64,000 bases of DNA from the NCBI GenBank assembly GCA_965116905.1, contig OZ220732.1, positions 3,104,001 to 3,168,000 on the forward strand. Reading direction: 5' to 3'. The position numbers and the translations under genes were made by a program. Position 1 is the first letter of the stretch. Each line of letters opens with the position of its first letter. Positions 31,597-41,070 of this stretch are shown here, piece after piece. The stretch is from Longimicrobiales bacterium (GTDB taxonomy: Bacteria > Gemmatimonadota > Gemmatimonadetes > Longimicrobiales > Gaopeijiaceae). The notes under the pieces are model-generated. The model ran no database searches. It had not been told where the DNA came from and worked only from the letters and a program-made list of their open reading frames with translations.

Positions 31597-32945
31597 CAGG
31601 CCGGCCCACCCCCTCCGCTTGCAGACTCCTGACCCGCACGGACCGACTCGGAGTCGACCACGGTGAGATCCTCGATCAGGGTAAGGAGCTGCGCTGCCGC
31701 GTCCTCGGTCACCCCGTCCACCGCCAGGAAGTCGGCGCGGTCGAGGTCGATGATGTCGAGGAAACTGTCGTAGCCGGCCGAAGCCAGCGCGTTCAGCGTC
31801 GACGCGTCCAGTGAAAGTTCGCTCAGCGGGAAGTCGGCCGTTTCGTAGGAATCCGCCTCTTCCTCCACGAACAGGGACATGTCCGCGCCACGCTCCAGCC
31901 ACTCGCGCGAGCCGTACAGATCGATCTGCCATCCGATCAGCTGGGACGCGAGGCGGACGTTCTGGCCGTTCCTGCCGATGGCCAGCGAGAGCTGATCCTC
32001 GTCGACGATGGCCGTGACCACCTGCCGCGCGGAGTCCGAGACGACCTTCGCCACCCGGGCCGGGGCAAGCGCCCGCCGCGCGAAGATCTCCGGATCCGGG
32101 TGCCATGGCACGATGTCGATGCGCTCGCCGCCCAGCTCCGACACGACAGCCTGCACGCGCGACCCCTTGAGCCCCACGCACGCGCCCACCGGATCGATGG
32201 AATCGTCCCGGCTGTGCACGGCGATCTTGCTCCGTCCTCCGACCTCGCGGGTGAGCTCCTTGATCTCGACGATCCCCTGCTGGATCTCGGGGACCTCGAG
32301 GTTGAACAGCGCCGCGACGAAAAGCGGGTCCGAGCGGGAGAAGATCAGCCGGGGGCCCTTCGGGGTCTCATCGACCTTCTTGAGCACGGCCCGGATGGAT
32401 TCGCCCTGGCGGAAGCGTTCGCGGGGGTTCTGTTCCTTCCAGGGAATGATCGCCTCGGCCTCCCTGGTGCGGTTCAGCAGCAGCACGATCTTGCCGCGCT
32501 CGATCTGCTGCACCTCACCCGAGAGCAGATCGCCCACCCGGTCGGCGTATTCGTCCCGGATGCGCTGGCGCTCGCCCTCGCGAACCAGCTGCACGATGCG
32601 CTGCTTGGCGGCCATCACGGCGTTGCGCCCGAACTCGGAGAAGTCCACGGGGATCTCCATGACGTCCCCCACCTCGTAGGTGGGATCGTCCCAGCGGGCC
32701 TCCTCGACTGAAATCTCCGACGACTCGTCCTCGACCGTCTCGACCACCCGCTTCAGCACCAGCATGTCGATCGCGCCGGTATGCTGGTCCACATCGATCT
32801 CGGTGTCGACATTGGCGCCGAATATCCGCGCCAGACCGGCGTGGATGGCTTCCTTGACCAGCAGGTCCACCTCGTCGGCGTCGAGGCTCTTGGCCTTGGC
32901 GATCGCGCCGACGGCCTGACCGATCAGAGAGGAGTCCGTCATCAT
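31596..32945 (-). CDS. nusA: Transcription termination factor NusA
   Basis: Motifs [28 protein letters not shown] and [14 protein letters not shown]. Confidence 0.96.
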   Translation of the reverse strand: MMTDSSLIGQAVGAIAKAKSLDADEVDLLVKEAIHAGLARIFGANVDTEIDVDQHTGAIDMLVLKRVVETVEDESSEISVEEARWDDPTYEVGDVMEIPVDFSEFGRNAVMAAKQRIVQLVREGERQRIRDEYADRVGDLLSGEVQQIERGKIVLLLNRTREAEAIIPWKEQNPRERFRQGESIRAVLKKVDETPKGPRLIFSRSDPLFVAALFNLEVPEIQQGIVEIKELTREVGGRSKIAVHSRDDSIDPVGACVGLKGSRVQAVVSELGGERIDIVPWHPDPEIFARRALAPARVAKVVSDSARQVVTAIVDEDQLSLAIGRNGQNVRLASQLIGWQIDLYGSREWLERGADMSLFVEEEADSYETADFPLSELSLDASTLNALASAGYDSFLDIIDLDRADFLAVDGVTEDAAAQLLTLIEDLTVVDSESVRAGQESASGGGGPA

Positions 32946-33433
32946 GCACTCCATTCGTGGACCAGGCGTGCCTTGGCAACGCGTGAACGCGGAACCTCGA
33001 TTTCGTGACCGCCGCTCAGCCGCAACAGGATCGACCCGGTCCCCTCGTCGCCGGCGGCGAATCCCATGAGGGTCCCCTCGATCCGCGAAGCGTCACCCGA
33101 CAGCGGTGCGGTTCCCTGTACGGCGATCTTCCGCCCGCGAAACCGGCGAAAGTCCCGGGCGCGGGTCAGCGGGCGCTCGAGCCCGGGCGAAGACACCTCG
33201 AGCACGTAGCGATCGGGTATCCTGGCGTCCGAGTCGAGCCAGGCCTCCATGCCGCGGCTCACGGCCGTGCAGTCACTTAGGGAGACGGGCCGGTCGAGCG
33301 CGGCGCGCTCCACGCGAAGCCTGATGACCGGACGATGAGCGCGACCCGCCCACTCGACCTGCACCAGATCGTACCCCAGGCGGGAAAGTCGCTCCTCGAA
33401 CTCCCGCTGAAGCTCGGTCCGGCTCGCATTCAC
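32942..33433 (-). CDS. rimP: Ribosome maturation factor RimP
   Basis: YVLEVSSPGLERPL; first gene of the rimP-nusA-infB operon. Start approximate. Confidence 0.93.
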   Translation of the reverse strand: MNASRTELQREFEERLSRLGYDLVQVEWAGRAHRPVIRLRVERAALDRPVSLSDCTAVSRGMEAWLDSDARIPDRYVLEVSSPGLERPLTRARDFRRFRGRKIAVQGTAPLSGDASRIEGTLMGFAAGDEGTGSILLRLSGGHEIEVPRSRVAKARLVHEWSA

Positions 33434-33453
33434 GTCGATCACCCTTTCATCAA

Positions 33454-33500
33454 CGGACAAAAAAACGGACAAAAAAAGCGGGGGATGCCATCTCCCCCAC
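33454..33500 (-). terminator. rimP leader terminator/attenuator-like hairpin with a duplicated U-tract
   Basis: Minus strand GTGGGGGA-GATGGCA-TCCCCCGC, followed by TTTTTTTGTCCG twice (33466-33477 and 33454-33465). Confidence 0.75.
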
Positions 33501-33536
33501 CTGGAAAGGCCGCAGCGGCCCGTCAGCCACCAAGGT

Positions 33537-33566
33537 ATTATAGCTGTGACGGACTTCGCCGGTCAA
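33537..33566 (-). promoter_or_regulatory. Sigma70 promoter for the rimP-nusA-infB operon
   Basis: TTGACC-N18-TATAAT; the -35 box overlaps the murA stop codon. Confidence 0.7.
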
Positions 33567-34840
33567 TCACGGCGCTCGATGCACGCGCCAAGGGCCCTGA
33601 GACGTTCGTCGATCCGCTCGTAACCCCGTTCGATCTGGCCCACATTGCGGATACGGCTCTGCCCGGTTGCGCCCAGTGCGGCAATCAGGATCGCCATGCC
33701 GGCGCGAATGTCGGGGCTCTCCAGCCGGGCGCCCCGCAGCTGTGACGGGCCGACGACCACCACGCGGTGGGGGTCGCACAGTATGATGCGCGCGCCCATG
33801 GATACGAGCTTGTCCGTAAAGAACATCCGCGATTCGAACATCTTCTCGTGGATCACGATCGTCCCGCGGGCCCGGGTGGCCGCGACCACCGCAATCGACG
33901 TGAGATCCGCCGGAAACGCGGGCCACGGGCCGTCGTCGACCTTGGGCACGTGCCCGTAGGCGTCCATCCGGATGACCGGCTGTTCGCGCCCGTCGACGAT
34001 CAGGTCCCGCCCGCGGGGCTCACAATCGATCCCGAGGCGCCGGAAACCGATGAGGATGGAGTCGAGATGCTCCAACGGCGCATCCTCGATCACGAGTCGA
34101 CTCCTCGTGACCGCGGCGAGGCCGATGAACGACCCCGTCTCCACGTGATCCGCCCCGATCGTGTAGTCGGCACCGCCGAGCGAGGGCGCACCGCGAATGA
34201 GCAGATTGGACGTCCCGATGCCCGATATCCGTGCCCCCATCGCGTTCAGCAGATGGCACAGGTCCTGGACATGGGGTTCGGCCGCGGCGTTTCTGATGAC
34301 CGTCTCGCCCTCGGCCAGGGAGGCCGCCATGACGGCGTTTTCGGTCGCGGTCACGGAGGGCTCGTCGAGGAACATGTCGGTGCCCGCGAGCGAGGGTGCG
34401 CGGATGTCGAGGCCGGAGGAGGTCTCGACTTCGGCCCCGAGCGCTCGGAAGGCGAGAAGATGCGTGTCCAGGCGGCGGCGGCCGATTACGTCCCCGCCCG
34501 GGGGAGGGAGTGAGAGCGAGCCGAAGCGGGCCAGAAGGGGGCCGGCCAGCAGAATCGAGGCCCGGATGCGTTCAGCCAGCCCGGGGTCGAGTTCACCCGC
34601 GGCGGCGTTGGCGGCGTCGACCCGGACCTGATTGGCTCCGGTCCATGCGACATCGGCGCCCAGCGAGTCCATGATCTGCAGCAGGGTGGCGACGTCACGG
34701 ATGCGGGGGACGTTGCGAACGGTGACGGGCTCGGTGGACATGAGGGTCGCGGCAAGCACCGGAAGGGCCGCATTCTTGTTTCCGCAAGGCCGGATGGTCC
34801 CGCTCAGTTCCCGTCCGCCGGTCACGATGAAGGATGGCAT
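33563..34840 (-). CDS. murA: UDP-N-acetylglucosamine 1-carboxyvinyltransferase (Asp-type active-site loop)
   Basis: Motifs GNKNAALP, RASILLAGPLLAR, PGGDVIGRR, SVTATEN, AAAEPH, DIRAG and IERGYE. Confidence 0.96.
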   Translation of the reverse strand: MPSFIVTGGRELSGTIRPCGNKNAALPVLAATLMSTEPVTVRNVPRIRDVATLLQIMDSLGADVAWTGANQVRVDAANAAAGELDPGLAERIRASILLAGPLLARFGSLSLPPPGGDVIGRRRLDTHLLAFRALGAEVETSSGLDIRAPSLAGTDMFLDEPSVTATENAVMAASLAEGETVIRNAAAEPHVQDLCHLLNAMGARISGIGTSNLLIRGAPSLGGADYTIGADHVETGSFIGLAAVTRSRLVIEDAPLEHLDSILIGFRRLGIDCEPRGRDLIVDGREQPVIRMDAYGHVPKVDDGPWPAFPADLTSIAVVAATRARGTIVIHEKMFESRMFFTDKLVSMGARIILCDPHRVVVVGPSQLRGARLESPDIRAGMAILIAALGATGQSRIRNVGQIERGYERIDERLRALGACIERRD

Positions 34841-34846
34841 GGGTGG

Positions 34847-34875
34847 AAGATACCGCTGGATCGGTTTCCACTGAA
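34847..34875 (-). promoter_or_regulatory. Putative leaderless promoter of murA
   Basis: TTCAGT-N17-TATCTT-N6-ATG(34840); no SD. Confidence 0.45.
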
Positions 34876-34923
34876 GGGCCATATTTGGCCGGGACCAGCA
34901 GCGACTTCATCCGGTGGCCACGC

Positions 34924-35454
34924 ATGCTTCTGCACCTCGCACCAGCGCTTCAGGACACGACCGTCGTCACGGTTGCCAGGGACGGGCTCGGGGTGGTCTC
35001 GGCCTGGATGACCCTGGGCATCGGAGTCGCGTTCGCGGCCATCCTGATCGTTCTCCTTCTCGTCCTTTCCGAACTGCGGCTCCTTTCCCGCACGTGGACC
35101 GGCTTCCTGCGCACGACGACCGAGCGGTCCATCCCGCTGGTGGAGCACGCCAACAACGCCGCGCAGAACCTGGAGCGGATCACGGAGGTTGTACGCTCCG
35201 AGGTAGACCGTTTCGACGGAGCGGTCGGTGACGTCGCGGATGACATCGGCAAGGCCGCGGAAGATGTCAAGCGACGCGTCGCGGACCTTTCGGCCCTGCT
35301 CGACCTTGCGCAGTCCGAGGCCGAGGACGCCGTGCTGGACGCCGCGGCCGCGGTCAGGATGCTCCGCAAGGGCACCGCGTTGCTGCGGGGCCAGGACGCG
35401 CCGGCGGAAGACCGCGCCGAAGCGTCCCCCGACAACCGGGAAGATTCCGACTAG
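34924..35454 (+). CDS. Hypothetical membrane-anchored coiled-coil protein (DUF948-like)
   Basis: One TM segment followed by heptad-rich helices; fills the gap divergent from murA. Confidence 0.65.
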   Translation: MLLHLAPALQDTTVVTVARDGLGVVSAWMTLGIGVAFAAILIVLLLVLSELRLLSRTWTGFLRTTTERSIPLVEHANNAAQNLERITEVVRSEVDRFDGAVGDVADDIGKAAEDVKRRVADLSALLDLAQSEAEDAVLDAAAAVRMLRKGTALLRGQDAPAEDRAEASPDNREDSD

Positions 35455-37748
35455 AAGTAGTCCCGCTCCAGGGCCGCGTAACGCACCAGCAGCTTCTTCC
35501 TTCCCGCGCTGTCGAAATCGACGGTCACCCTGAGGTCCCGGCCGAAGCCCGACAGCTCGGCGATGGTACCGGACCCGAATGTCTGGTGAAGCACGCGTTC
35601 ACCCTTCACGTAGCGCGGGCGGTCCTGGTTGAAGCCCGGCTCCGCTTCGCCGCCGACCGCGGGCGCAGGCGGATCCGCCGTCCGCTCGCGGCGTGGCCGA
35701 CCGGCCCAGTCCCATCGTACCCGCTGTGTGACCCTGGTCTCGAGACTGTCCGCCAGAACGTCCAGAAACGACGAGAGCGTCCCGTAGAGAACCTCCCCCG
35801 CCCGCCGACGCCTTCGGGCATGCGTCAGATACAGCCTGTCCCGGGCGCGCGTCATGCCGACATAGAGAAGCCGCCGTTCCTCCTCGAGCGACCTGGCGTC
35901 GTCGTACGCCCGCGACAGCGGGAAGAGCCCCTCCTCCATGCCGCCGATGAACACCACTGGGAACTCCAGTCCCTTGGCGCTGTGAATGGTCATGAGGGTC
36001 ACCGCGTCGGCGGCCGCATCGTGGCGGTCCACGTCCGCAACCAGCGCGACATGCTGTAGAAACAGGTCGAGGTCGGCAAAGCCATCGTATTCACCTTCAT
36101 CGACATCGAGCACCGCAACCGCGTCGAAATCATGGGCGGCTGCGATCAGTTCCCGCACATTCTCGGCGCGGTCGTCCCCGTCCGGTCCATCGCCACGCAG
36201 GAGCATGACGATGTCCAGTTCCTCAATCAGGTCCTCCATGACTTCGCCAGCGGTCCGCTCCGCCGTCAGCGCCGAATAGCGGCGGATCAATCCCGCAAAC
36301 GCGAGGAGGCCACGACGGGCACCCGGAGGCAGATCGCGGATCTCATCGGCCCGGCCGGCCGCCTCGAGCAGGCCAAGCCCGGCCTCGCTTGCGAAAGCGG
36401 ACAGGCGCGCCAGGCTCTTCGCGCCGATCCCCCGACGCGGATAGTTCACCACGCGATCAAACGCATCCATGTCGAGGGGGTTGACTACGAGGCGAAGGTA
36501 GGCCAGGACGTCCTGAATCTCGCGACGTTCGTAGAATCGCACGCCGCCGACGATCTGGTAGGGCAGTCCGCGCCGCCTGAATCGATCCTCCAGGGCCCGG
36601 GACTGCGCGTTGGTGCGGTACAGCACTGCGAAGTCACGGTGATGGCGGTCCGGATCGGCGAGCATGAGGCGTTCGATCTCTTCCACGATCCACCGCGCCT
36701 CGTCACCCTCATCCCGTGCCTCGAGGCAGATTACGGGTGCGCCTCCGCCGCGCTCCGTGCGAAGCGTCTTCCGCTTTCGCTCGGAGTTCTCGCCGATTAC
36801 CGCGTTCGCAGCCCGCAGGATCACGGAGGTCGAGCGGTAGTTCTGCTCCAGGCGTACCACTCGGGCGTTCGGAAAGCTGTGCTCGAAGTCGAGGATGTTG
36901 CGGATGTCCGCGCCCCGCCAACCGTAGATGCTCTGGTCGTCGTCACCCACGACCATGAGGTTCCCGTGCTCGGAGGCCAGGAGTTCCAGGAATCGGAACT
37001 GCGCATGGTTGGTGTCCTGATATTCGTCCACAAGGATGAAGGCGAAACGCTCCTGATAGCGCCGCAGGAGTTCCGGGTCGCGCTCCAGGAGGCGCACGGG
37101 AAGGACCAACAGGTCGTCGAAGTCCATGGCATCCTGCTTGCGGAGCGCATCCTGATACGCGGGATAGACGAGCGCGACGCGTCTCATGAACAGATCCCCG
37201 CTGTCGCCGTAGGCCTCCGCGAAACGTTCGGCGCCGACCAGTTGGTTCTTGGCCTCCGATATCCGCTCGCGCACCGATCTCGGCGACCACCGCTGCGGGT
37301 TCACGTCCACGCTTTTCTGGACCTTCTTCACTTCGCGCAGCGATTGCTCGGCGTCCCGGATCGTGAAGCCCCGCGTCCAGCCGACGCGCGGGGCGTGGCG
37401 ACGGAGGAGGCGGGCTCCGATGGCGTGAAAGGTCCCCATCCAGATTCCCCGCGGCTCGCGCCCCAGCAATCCGACGACCCTATCCCGCATTTCCCCGGCC
37501 GCCTTGTTCGTAAAGGTGACGGCCATGATGCGGTCCGGGGGCACCCCATGCTTCAGGATCAGGTTGCACACCCGTGTGGTGAGAACCCGGGTCTTGCCCG
37601 ATCCCGCGCCGGCCAGCACCAGGCCGGGGCCTTCAAAGTGCTCGACAGCCTCTTGCTGTTCGGGGTTGAGATCGGGCGCGAGGAACGCCGGCTCCTGCAA
37701 CCGGCCTTCGCTCGAGCGAGCATCCAGCGGCCTGGAATCCGCGCTCAC
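35451..37748 (-). CDS. pcrA: ATP-dependent DNA helicase, UvrD/PcrA family
   Basis: Motifs LNPEQ, AGAGSGKT, TFTNKAA, DEYQDTN, VGDDDQSIYGWRGA, TIHSAKGLEF and EERRLLYVGMTRA; C-terminal Tudor-like domain. GTGA overlap with the upstream kinase. Confidence 0.95.
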   Translation of the reverse strand: MSADSRPLDARSSEGRLQEPAFLAPDLNPEQQEAVEHFEGPGLVLAGAGSGKTRVLTTRVCNLILKHGVPPDRIMAVTFTNKAAGEMRDRVVGLLGREPRGIWMGTFHAIGARLLRRHAPRVGWTRGFTIRDAEQSLREVKKVQKSVDVNPQRWSPRSVRERISEAKNQLVGAERFAEAYGDSGDLFMRRVALVYPAYQDALRKQDAMDFDDLLVLPVRLLERDPELLRRYQERFAFILVDEYQDTNHAQFRFLELLASEHGNLMVVGDDDQSIYGWRGADIRNILDFEHSFPNARVVRLEQNYRSTSVILRAANAVIGENSERKRKTLRTERGGGAPVICLEARDEGDEARWIVEEIERLMLADPDRHHRDFAVLYRTNAQSRALEDRFRRRGLPYQIVGGVRFYERREIQDVLAYLRLVVNPLDMDAFDRVVNYPRRGIGAKSLARLSAFASEAGLGLLEAAGRADEIRDLPPGARRGLLAFAGLIRRYSALTAERTAGEVMEDLIEELDIVMLLRGDGPDGDDRAENVRELIAAAHDFDAVAVLDVDEGEYDGFADLDLFLQHVALVADVDRHDAAADAVTLMTIHSAKGLEFPVVFIGGMEEGLFPLSRAYDDARSLEEERRLLYVGMTRARDRLYLTHARRRRRAGEVLYGTLSSFLDVLADSLETRVTQRVRWDWAGRPRRERTADPPAPAVGGEAEPGFNQDRPRYVKGERVLHQTFGSGTIAELSGFGRDLRVTVDFDSAGRKKLLVRYAALERDYF

Positions 37749-39022
37749 GGGCCGCCGCGCCGGCGCGGATCCGCTCCGCGATGTCCGTGGCCACGGGTCT
37801 CCGGCGCTCGTGGCAGCCTCGCCTGAAAGGTGACGCCACGCTCGCCGCGGTCCAGGAGTTCGAGCTTGCCACGGTGAACGCCTTCGACGATTCGCCGCGT
37901 CAAGGTCAGCCCGACGCCCCATCCACCGGATTTGGTAGTGACTCCGGGGTCGAACAGGCGGTCACGGATCTCGAACGGCACTCCCGGACCCGTGTCCCGG
38001 ATCTGAAGCACGACCCAGCTGTCCTCGGCGGGCCGGGCGGACAGCGTGATCGAGCCTCCGGTGCCCGCCATCGCGTCGAGGGCGTTCTTCACGACGTTCT
38101 CCAGGGCCCACGCCAGGAGGACCTCATGGCCGAGAATGTCCGGCAGGTCGTCGGGCACCTGTACGTGCAGGGCGACACCGGGCCCCAGCCGAGGCAGCCG
38201 CGCCTCCATGTAGGCCCGCAATTCCGAGATCACGTCCCGGAGCGAGACACGCTTGAGTTCCGGATCCCTTCCGATGAGTTCGAAGCGTCGGCTCACCCGC
38301 TCGAGGCGCACCAGGTCTTCGCCGATGGCGGTGGCGATCTCGAGCTGGTGCATGTCGCCGGGACGTTCGGTGGGTGACAGCCCCAGCACCTCCACCCATC
38401 CCTGCAGCGAACTGATCGGGGTACCCAGCTGGTGTGCGAGCTCGCGGGCCATCGCCGTCCACGCCTGTTCGGCGGCGGCGCGGCGCTGGTAACGGAAGAC
38501 GGCGACCGCCAGCAGCACCGTGAGCAGCAAGCCCGACGCCCACAGGAAGGGCATCCACTGGAGCCGCGCGGCCTCCGGCGTGATGCCGTAGTGGACCAGC
38601 TGGCTCGCCGGGTCTCCCACGGGAGGGTTGCGGGCATCGAGTTCGTCGGCGTAGCGGAGGATGCGCTCGATCTCGTCCACCGTGGGTGGGTCCGCAACCT
38701 CGAACGGCAGGTTGGCCGAGGTGTTGTACTGGCGGCCGGGCTCGGAGGTCACGACGAAGGGAACCCCGAGTGCCACGAGTTCCCGCTGAAGATTGGTGAG
38801 CGCCGCCAGTTCGGCCCCGGTCTCCTGGCTTGTCAGCCCTCGTTGGACCTGGGCATAGATTCGCGTGAACGTTTCCGCGTCGGCCTGGCGGGATCGCACG
38901 ATCTGCAGCGTGGTCACCAGGTACCAGGCCAGCAGGGTGACGAAGAGGATGGCCAGCGCGATCGGCCAGGTTCGGGCCCTGGCTCCGCCGGATTCCCTTT
39001 TGGGACCTGTTCGCCTGATCAT
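37745..39022 (-). CDS. Membrane sensor histidine kinase
   Basis: Two TM segments, H-box ELAHQLGTPISSL, N-box ENVVKNALDA, G1 DTGPG and G2 GWGVGL. Confidence 0.92.
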   Translation of the reverse strand: MIRRTGPKRESGGARARTWPIALAILFVTLLAWYLVTTLQIVRSRQADAETFTRIYAQVQRGLTSQETGAELAALTNLQRELVALGVPFVVTSEPGRQYNTSANLPFEVADPPTVDEIERILRYADELDARNPPVGDPASQLVHYGITPEAARLQWMPFLWASGLLLTVLLAVAVFRYQRRAAAEQAWTAMARELAHQLGTPISSLQGWVEVLGLSPTERPGDMHQLEIATAIGEDLVRLERVSRRFELIGRDPELKRVSLRDVISELRAYMEARLPRLGPGVALHVQVPDDLPDILGHEVLLAWALENVVKNALDAMAGTGGSITLSARPAEDSWVVLQIRDTGPGVPFEIRDRLFDPGVTTKSGGWGVGLTLTRRIVEGVHRGKLELLDRGERGVTFQARLPRAPETRGHGHRGADPRRRGGP

Positions 39023-39061
39023 TCGATCTCTGTTCCTGTCGCCGACCCCCGCCCGCCGGCG

Positions 39062-40345
39062 CTATCCCCCAGGTCGGATCTCGACGCATCCGACCACCGG
39101 AGCAAGTACGTCCGGGAGACGGACCGAACCGTCCGGCTGCTGATAGGTCTCGAGCAGCGCGACCATCAGCCGCGGCAAGGCCAGCGCCGAGCCGTTGAGC
39201 GTATGGGCGAACTCCGTTCCCGCGCCCTGTGTCCGTCGAAACCTGATGTTCGCCCGCCGAGCCTGAAAGTCGCTGAACGTGGAGCAGCTCGAAACCTCCA
39301 GCCATTGACCGACTCCGGGGGCCCATACCTCCAGGTCGTAGGTGAGGGACGCCGAGAAGCCCAGATCTCCGGCCGCGAGCAGCACGACCCTGTAGGACAG
39401 GCCGAGAAGCTCCAGCACCCTGGCCGCATCGCCGGTAAGTTCGTCAAGTGCCGCAGGCGCCGCCTGAGGAGTCTCGAAACGGACCAGCTCCACCTTGTCG
39501 AACTGGTGGACCCTGAGCATGCCCCTGGTGTCCTTTCCGGCCGCCCCGGCCTCCCTCCTGAAGCACGGCGAATACGCCACGTATTTCCTTGGCAGAGAAT
39601 CACCGCGGAGAATCTCGCCGCTGTGCAGATTGGTGACCGGCACCTCGGCCGTGGGAATGAGCCACAAGCCGTCCCTCCGCGTCACATACGACTCCTCGGC
39701 GAATTTCGGAAGCTGTCCCGTCCCGGTCATCGCCTCCTGCTTGACCAGGTAGGGGACCCGCAGTTCCAGGTATCCGTGCTCCGCCGCATGCAACTCGATC
39801 ATCCAGTCGATCAGGCGTCGCTGCAACGCCGCCCCCCGGCCCCGCAGGACGTAGAAGCCGGACCCCGAGACCTTCCCTCCCCCGGCGAGATCCAGGATCC
39901 CCAGCGAGGAGCCCAGCTCCCAGTGCGGCTTCGCATCGAAGGAAAGCCTGGCCGGCTGACCCCAACTCCGCACGATCCGGTTGCACTCCACGCCGCCCTC
40001 CGGCACCCTGGCATCCGGAAGATTCGGAATGACCGCCAGGGCCTCGGCGATCCGGTCGTCGGCCGCGGCCACGACCGCGTCCAGGTCGTCGATGCGCGCG
40101 CCTACCTCGCGCATTCGCGCAATCTCGACGGAGGCATCGCCCCCCTCGCGCCTGACCTCGCCGATGCGTTTCGAGACCCGGTTGCGGAGGGACTTGAGCT
40201 CGTTGACCTCTCCCAGCGCCTCGCGCCTCGCACGGTCGCGTTCAAGGAGCCCGGCCACCGTCTCGGGCGCGTCCGGCAATCCCCGGCGCGCAAGCGCTAT
40301 GGTTACGCCCTCGGGATCGCGGCGCAATCGCCTGATGTCCAGCAT
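39062..40345 (-). CDS. serS: Serine--tRNA ligase
   Basis: MLDIRRLR start; motifs GTGQLPKF, LIPTAEVP, CFRREAG, RVHQFDKVE, EVSSCS and HTLNGSALA. Confidence 0.97.
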   Translation of the reverse strand: MLDIRRLRRDPEGVTIALARRGLPDAPETVAGLLERDRARREALGEVNELKSLRNRVSKRIGEVRREGGDASVEIARMREVGARIDDLDAVVAAADDRIAEALAVIPNLPDARVPEGGVECNRIVRSWGQPARLSFDAKPHWELGSSLGILDLAGGGKVSGSGFYVLRGRGAALQRRLIDWMIELHAAEHGYLELRVPYLVKQEAMTGTGQLPKFAEESYVTRRDGLWLIPTAEVPVTNLHSGEILRGDSLPRKYVAYSPCFRREAGAAGKDTRGMLRVHQFDKVELVRFETPQAAPAALDELTGDAARVLELLGLSYRVVLLAAGDLGFSASLTYDLEVWAPGVGQWLEVSSCSTFSDFQARRANIRFRRTQGAGTEFAHTLNGSALALPRLMVALLETYQQPDGSVRLPDVLAPVVGCVEIRPGG

Positions 40346-40353
40346 TCGGACCG

Positions 40354-40911
40354 CTAGTCGGGGGGAATCAGGTCGCGGCTGTTGCAGATCCGGCTCATGT
40401 CGAACTGAAACCGCACGGTTCCGGCGTCGGCATCGGTGCTGAGCGGCTCGATCTTGCCGTAGTAGTTGCAGATCGTGCCGAAGGTGCCCCGGTGCCTTCT
40501 CGTGCGGATCGCGTACACGCGCCCGGCGACGATGGGAACCGGAACGTCCGACATATAGCTGGCGGTGTCCTCGGGTGCTTCGATCGCCGAAACGAAGGTC
40601 TCTCCCTCCAGGACCGCGAGCGCCGCTTCGGATGGGATCCCCAACGCGGCCGGGGGCAGCCACACCAACGCCCCATCGCGCCTGTCCACCGCCAGGTCCC
40701 AAGCGTCGCCGGTCGTCGGCGCCTCGATCCTCACGGCGCGGCGCAGGTGGAAGTCGAACCCGGAGACCAGGTTGGGCTCGGGGAGGGACAGCGCGTACAG
40801 CCGCACCGTGTCCGGGTCCTCCACCCATCGAATCAGAAAGGGGTTGTCGTCGCACGCGGCGAGAACACCGGTGGCGCCAAGCACGACGAGGCCCAGACTA
40901 CGCATCTTCAT
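40354..40911 (-). CDS. Hypothetical lipoprotein (possibly HmuY-like)
   Basis: MKMRSLGLVVLGATGVLAA-C lipobox; WDLAV and YYGKI segments. Confidence 0.7.
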   Translation of the reverse strand: MKMRSLGLVVLGATGVLAACDDNPFLIRWVEDPDTVRLYALSLPEPNLVSGFDFHLRRAVRIEAPTTGDAWDLAVDRRDGALVWLPPAALGIPSEAALAVLEGETFVSAIEAPEDTASYMSDVPVPIVAGRVYAIRTRRHRGTFGTICNYYGKIEPLSTDADAGTVRFQFDMSRICNSRDLIPPD

Positions 40912-40917
40912 GTGTGA

Positions 40918-40996
40918 ATTCTACCCGGCGAGGTTCCGGAGTCAACTCCAATGCGTGCGCCGACGCGTTGACTTCGCGGGGGCGCGACACTAGGTT
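40918..40996. promoter_or_regulatory. Back-to-back sigma70 promoters
   Basis: Minus: TTGACT(40945-40940)-N16-TAGAAT(40923-40918)-N6-ATG. Plus: TTGACT(40968-40973)-N17-TAGGTT(40991-40996). Confidence 0.6.
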
Positions 40997-41070
40997 CGGC
41001 GACCTTGGGCGCATCCCCAACACGGATCCCGAATACGGGAGACTCCCGGCCCTGTTGCCTGAAGGATCAC

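Noticed and set aside
31597..32181. N-terminal extensions in the ORF track (IF-2 1120 aa; likewise GuaA 655, FolC 682, SerS 597, S9 505 and S15 200 aa)
   Set aside because: They overlap real upstream genes in other frames. They are open-frame artefacts of high GC, and better starts exist at stop/start overlaps or SD/-10 sites.
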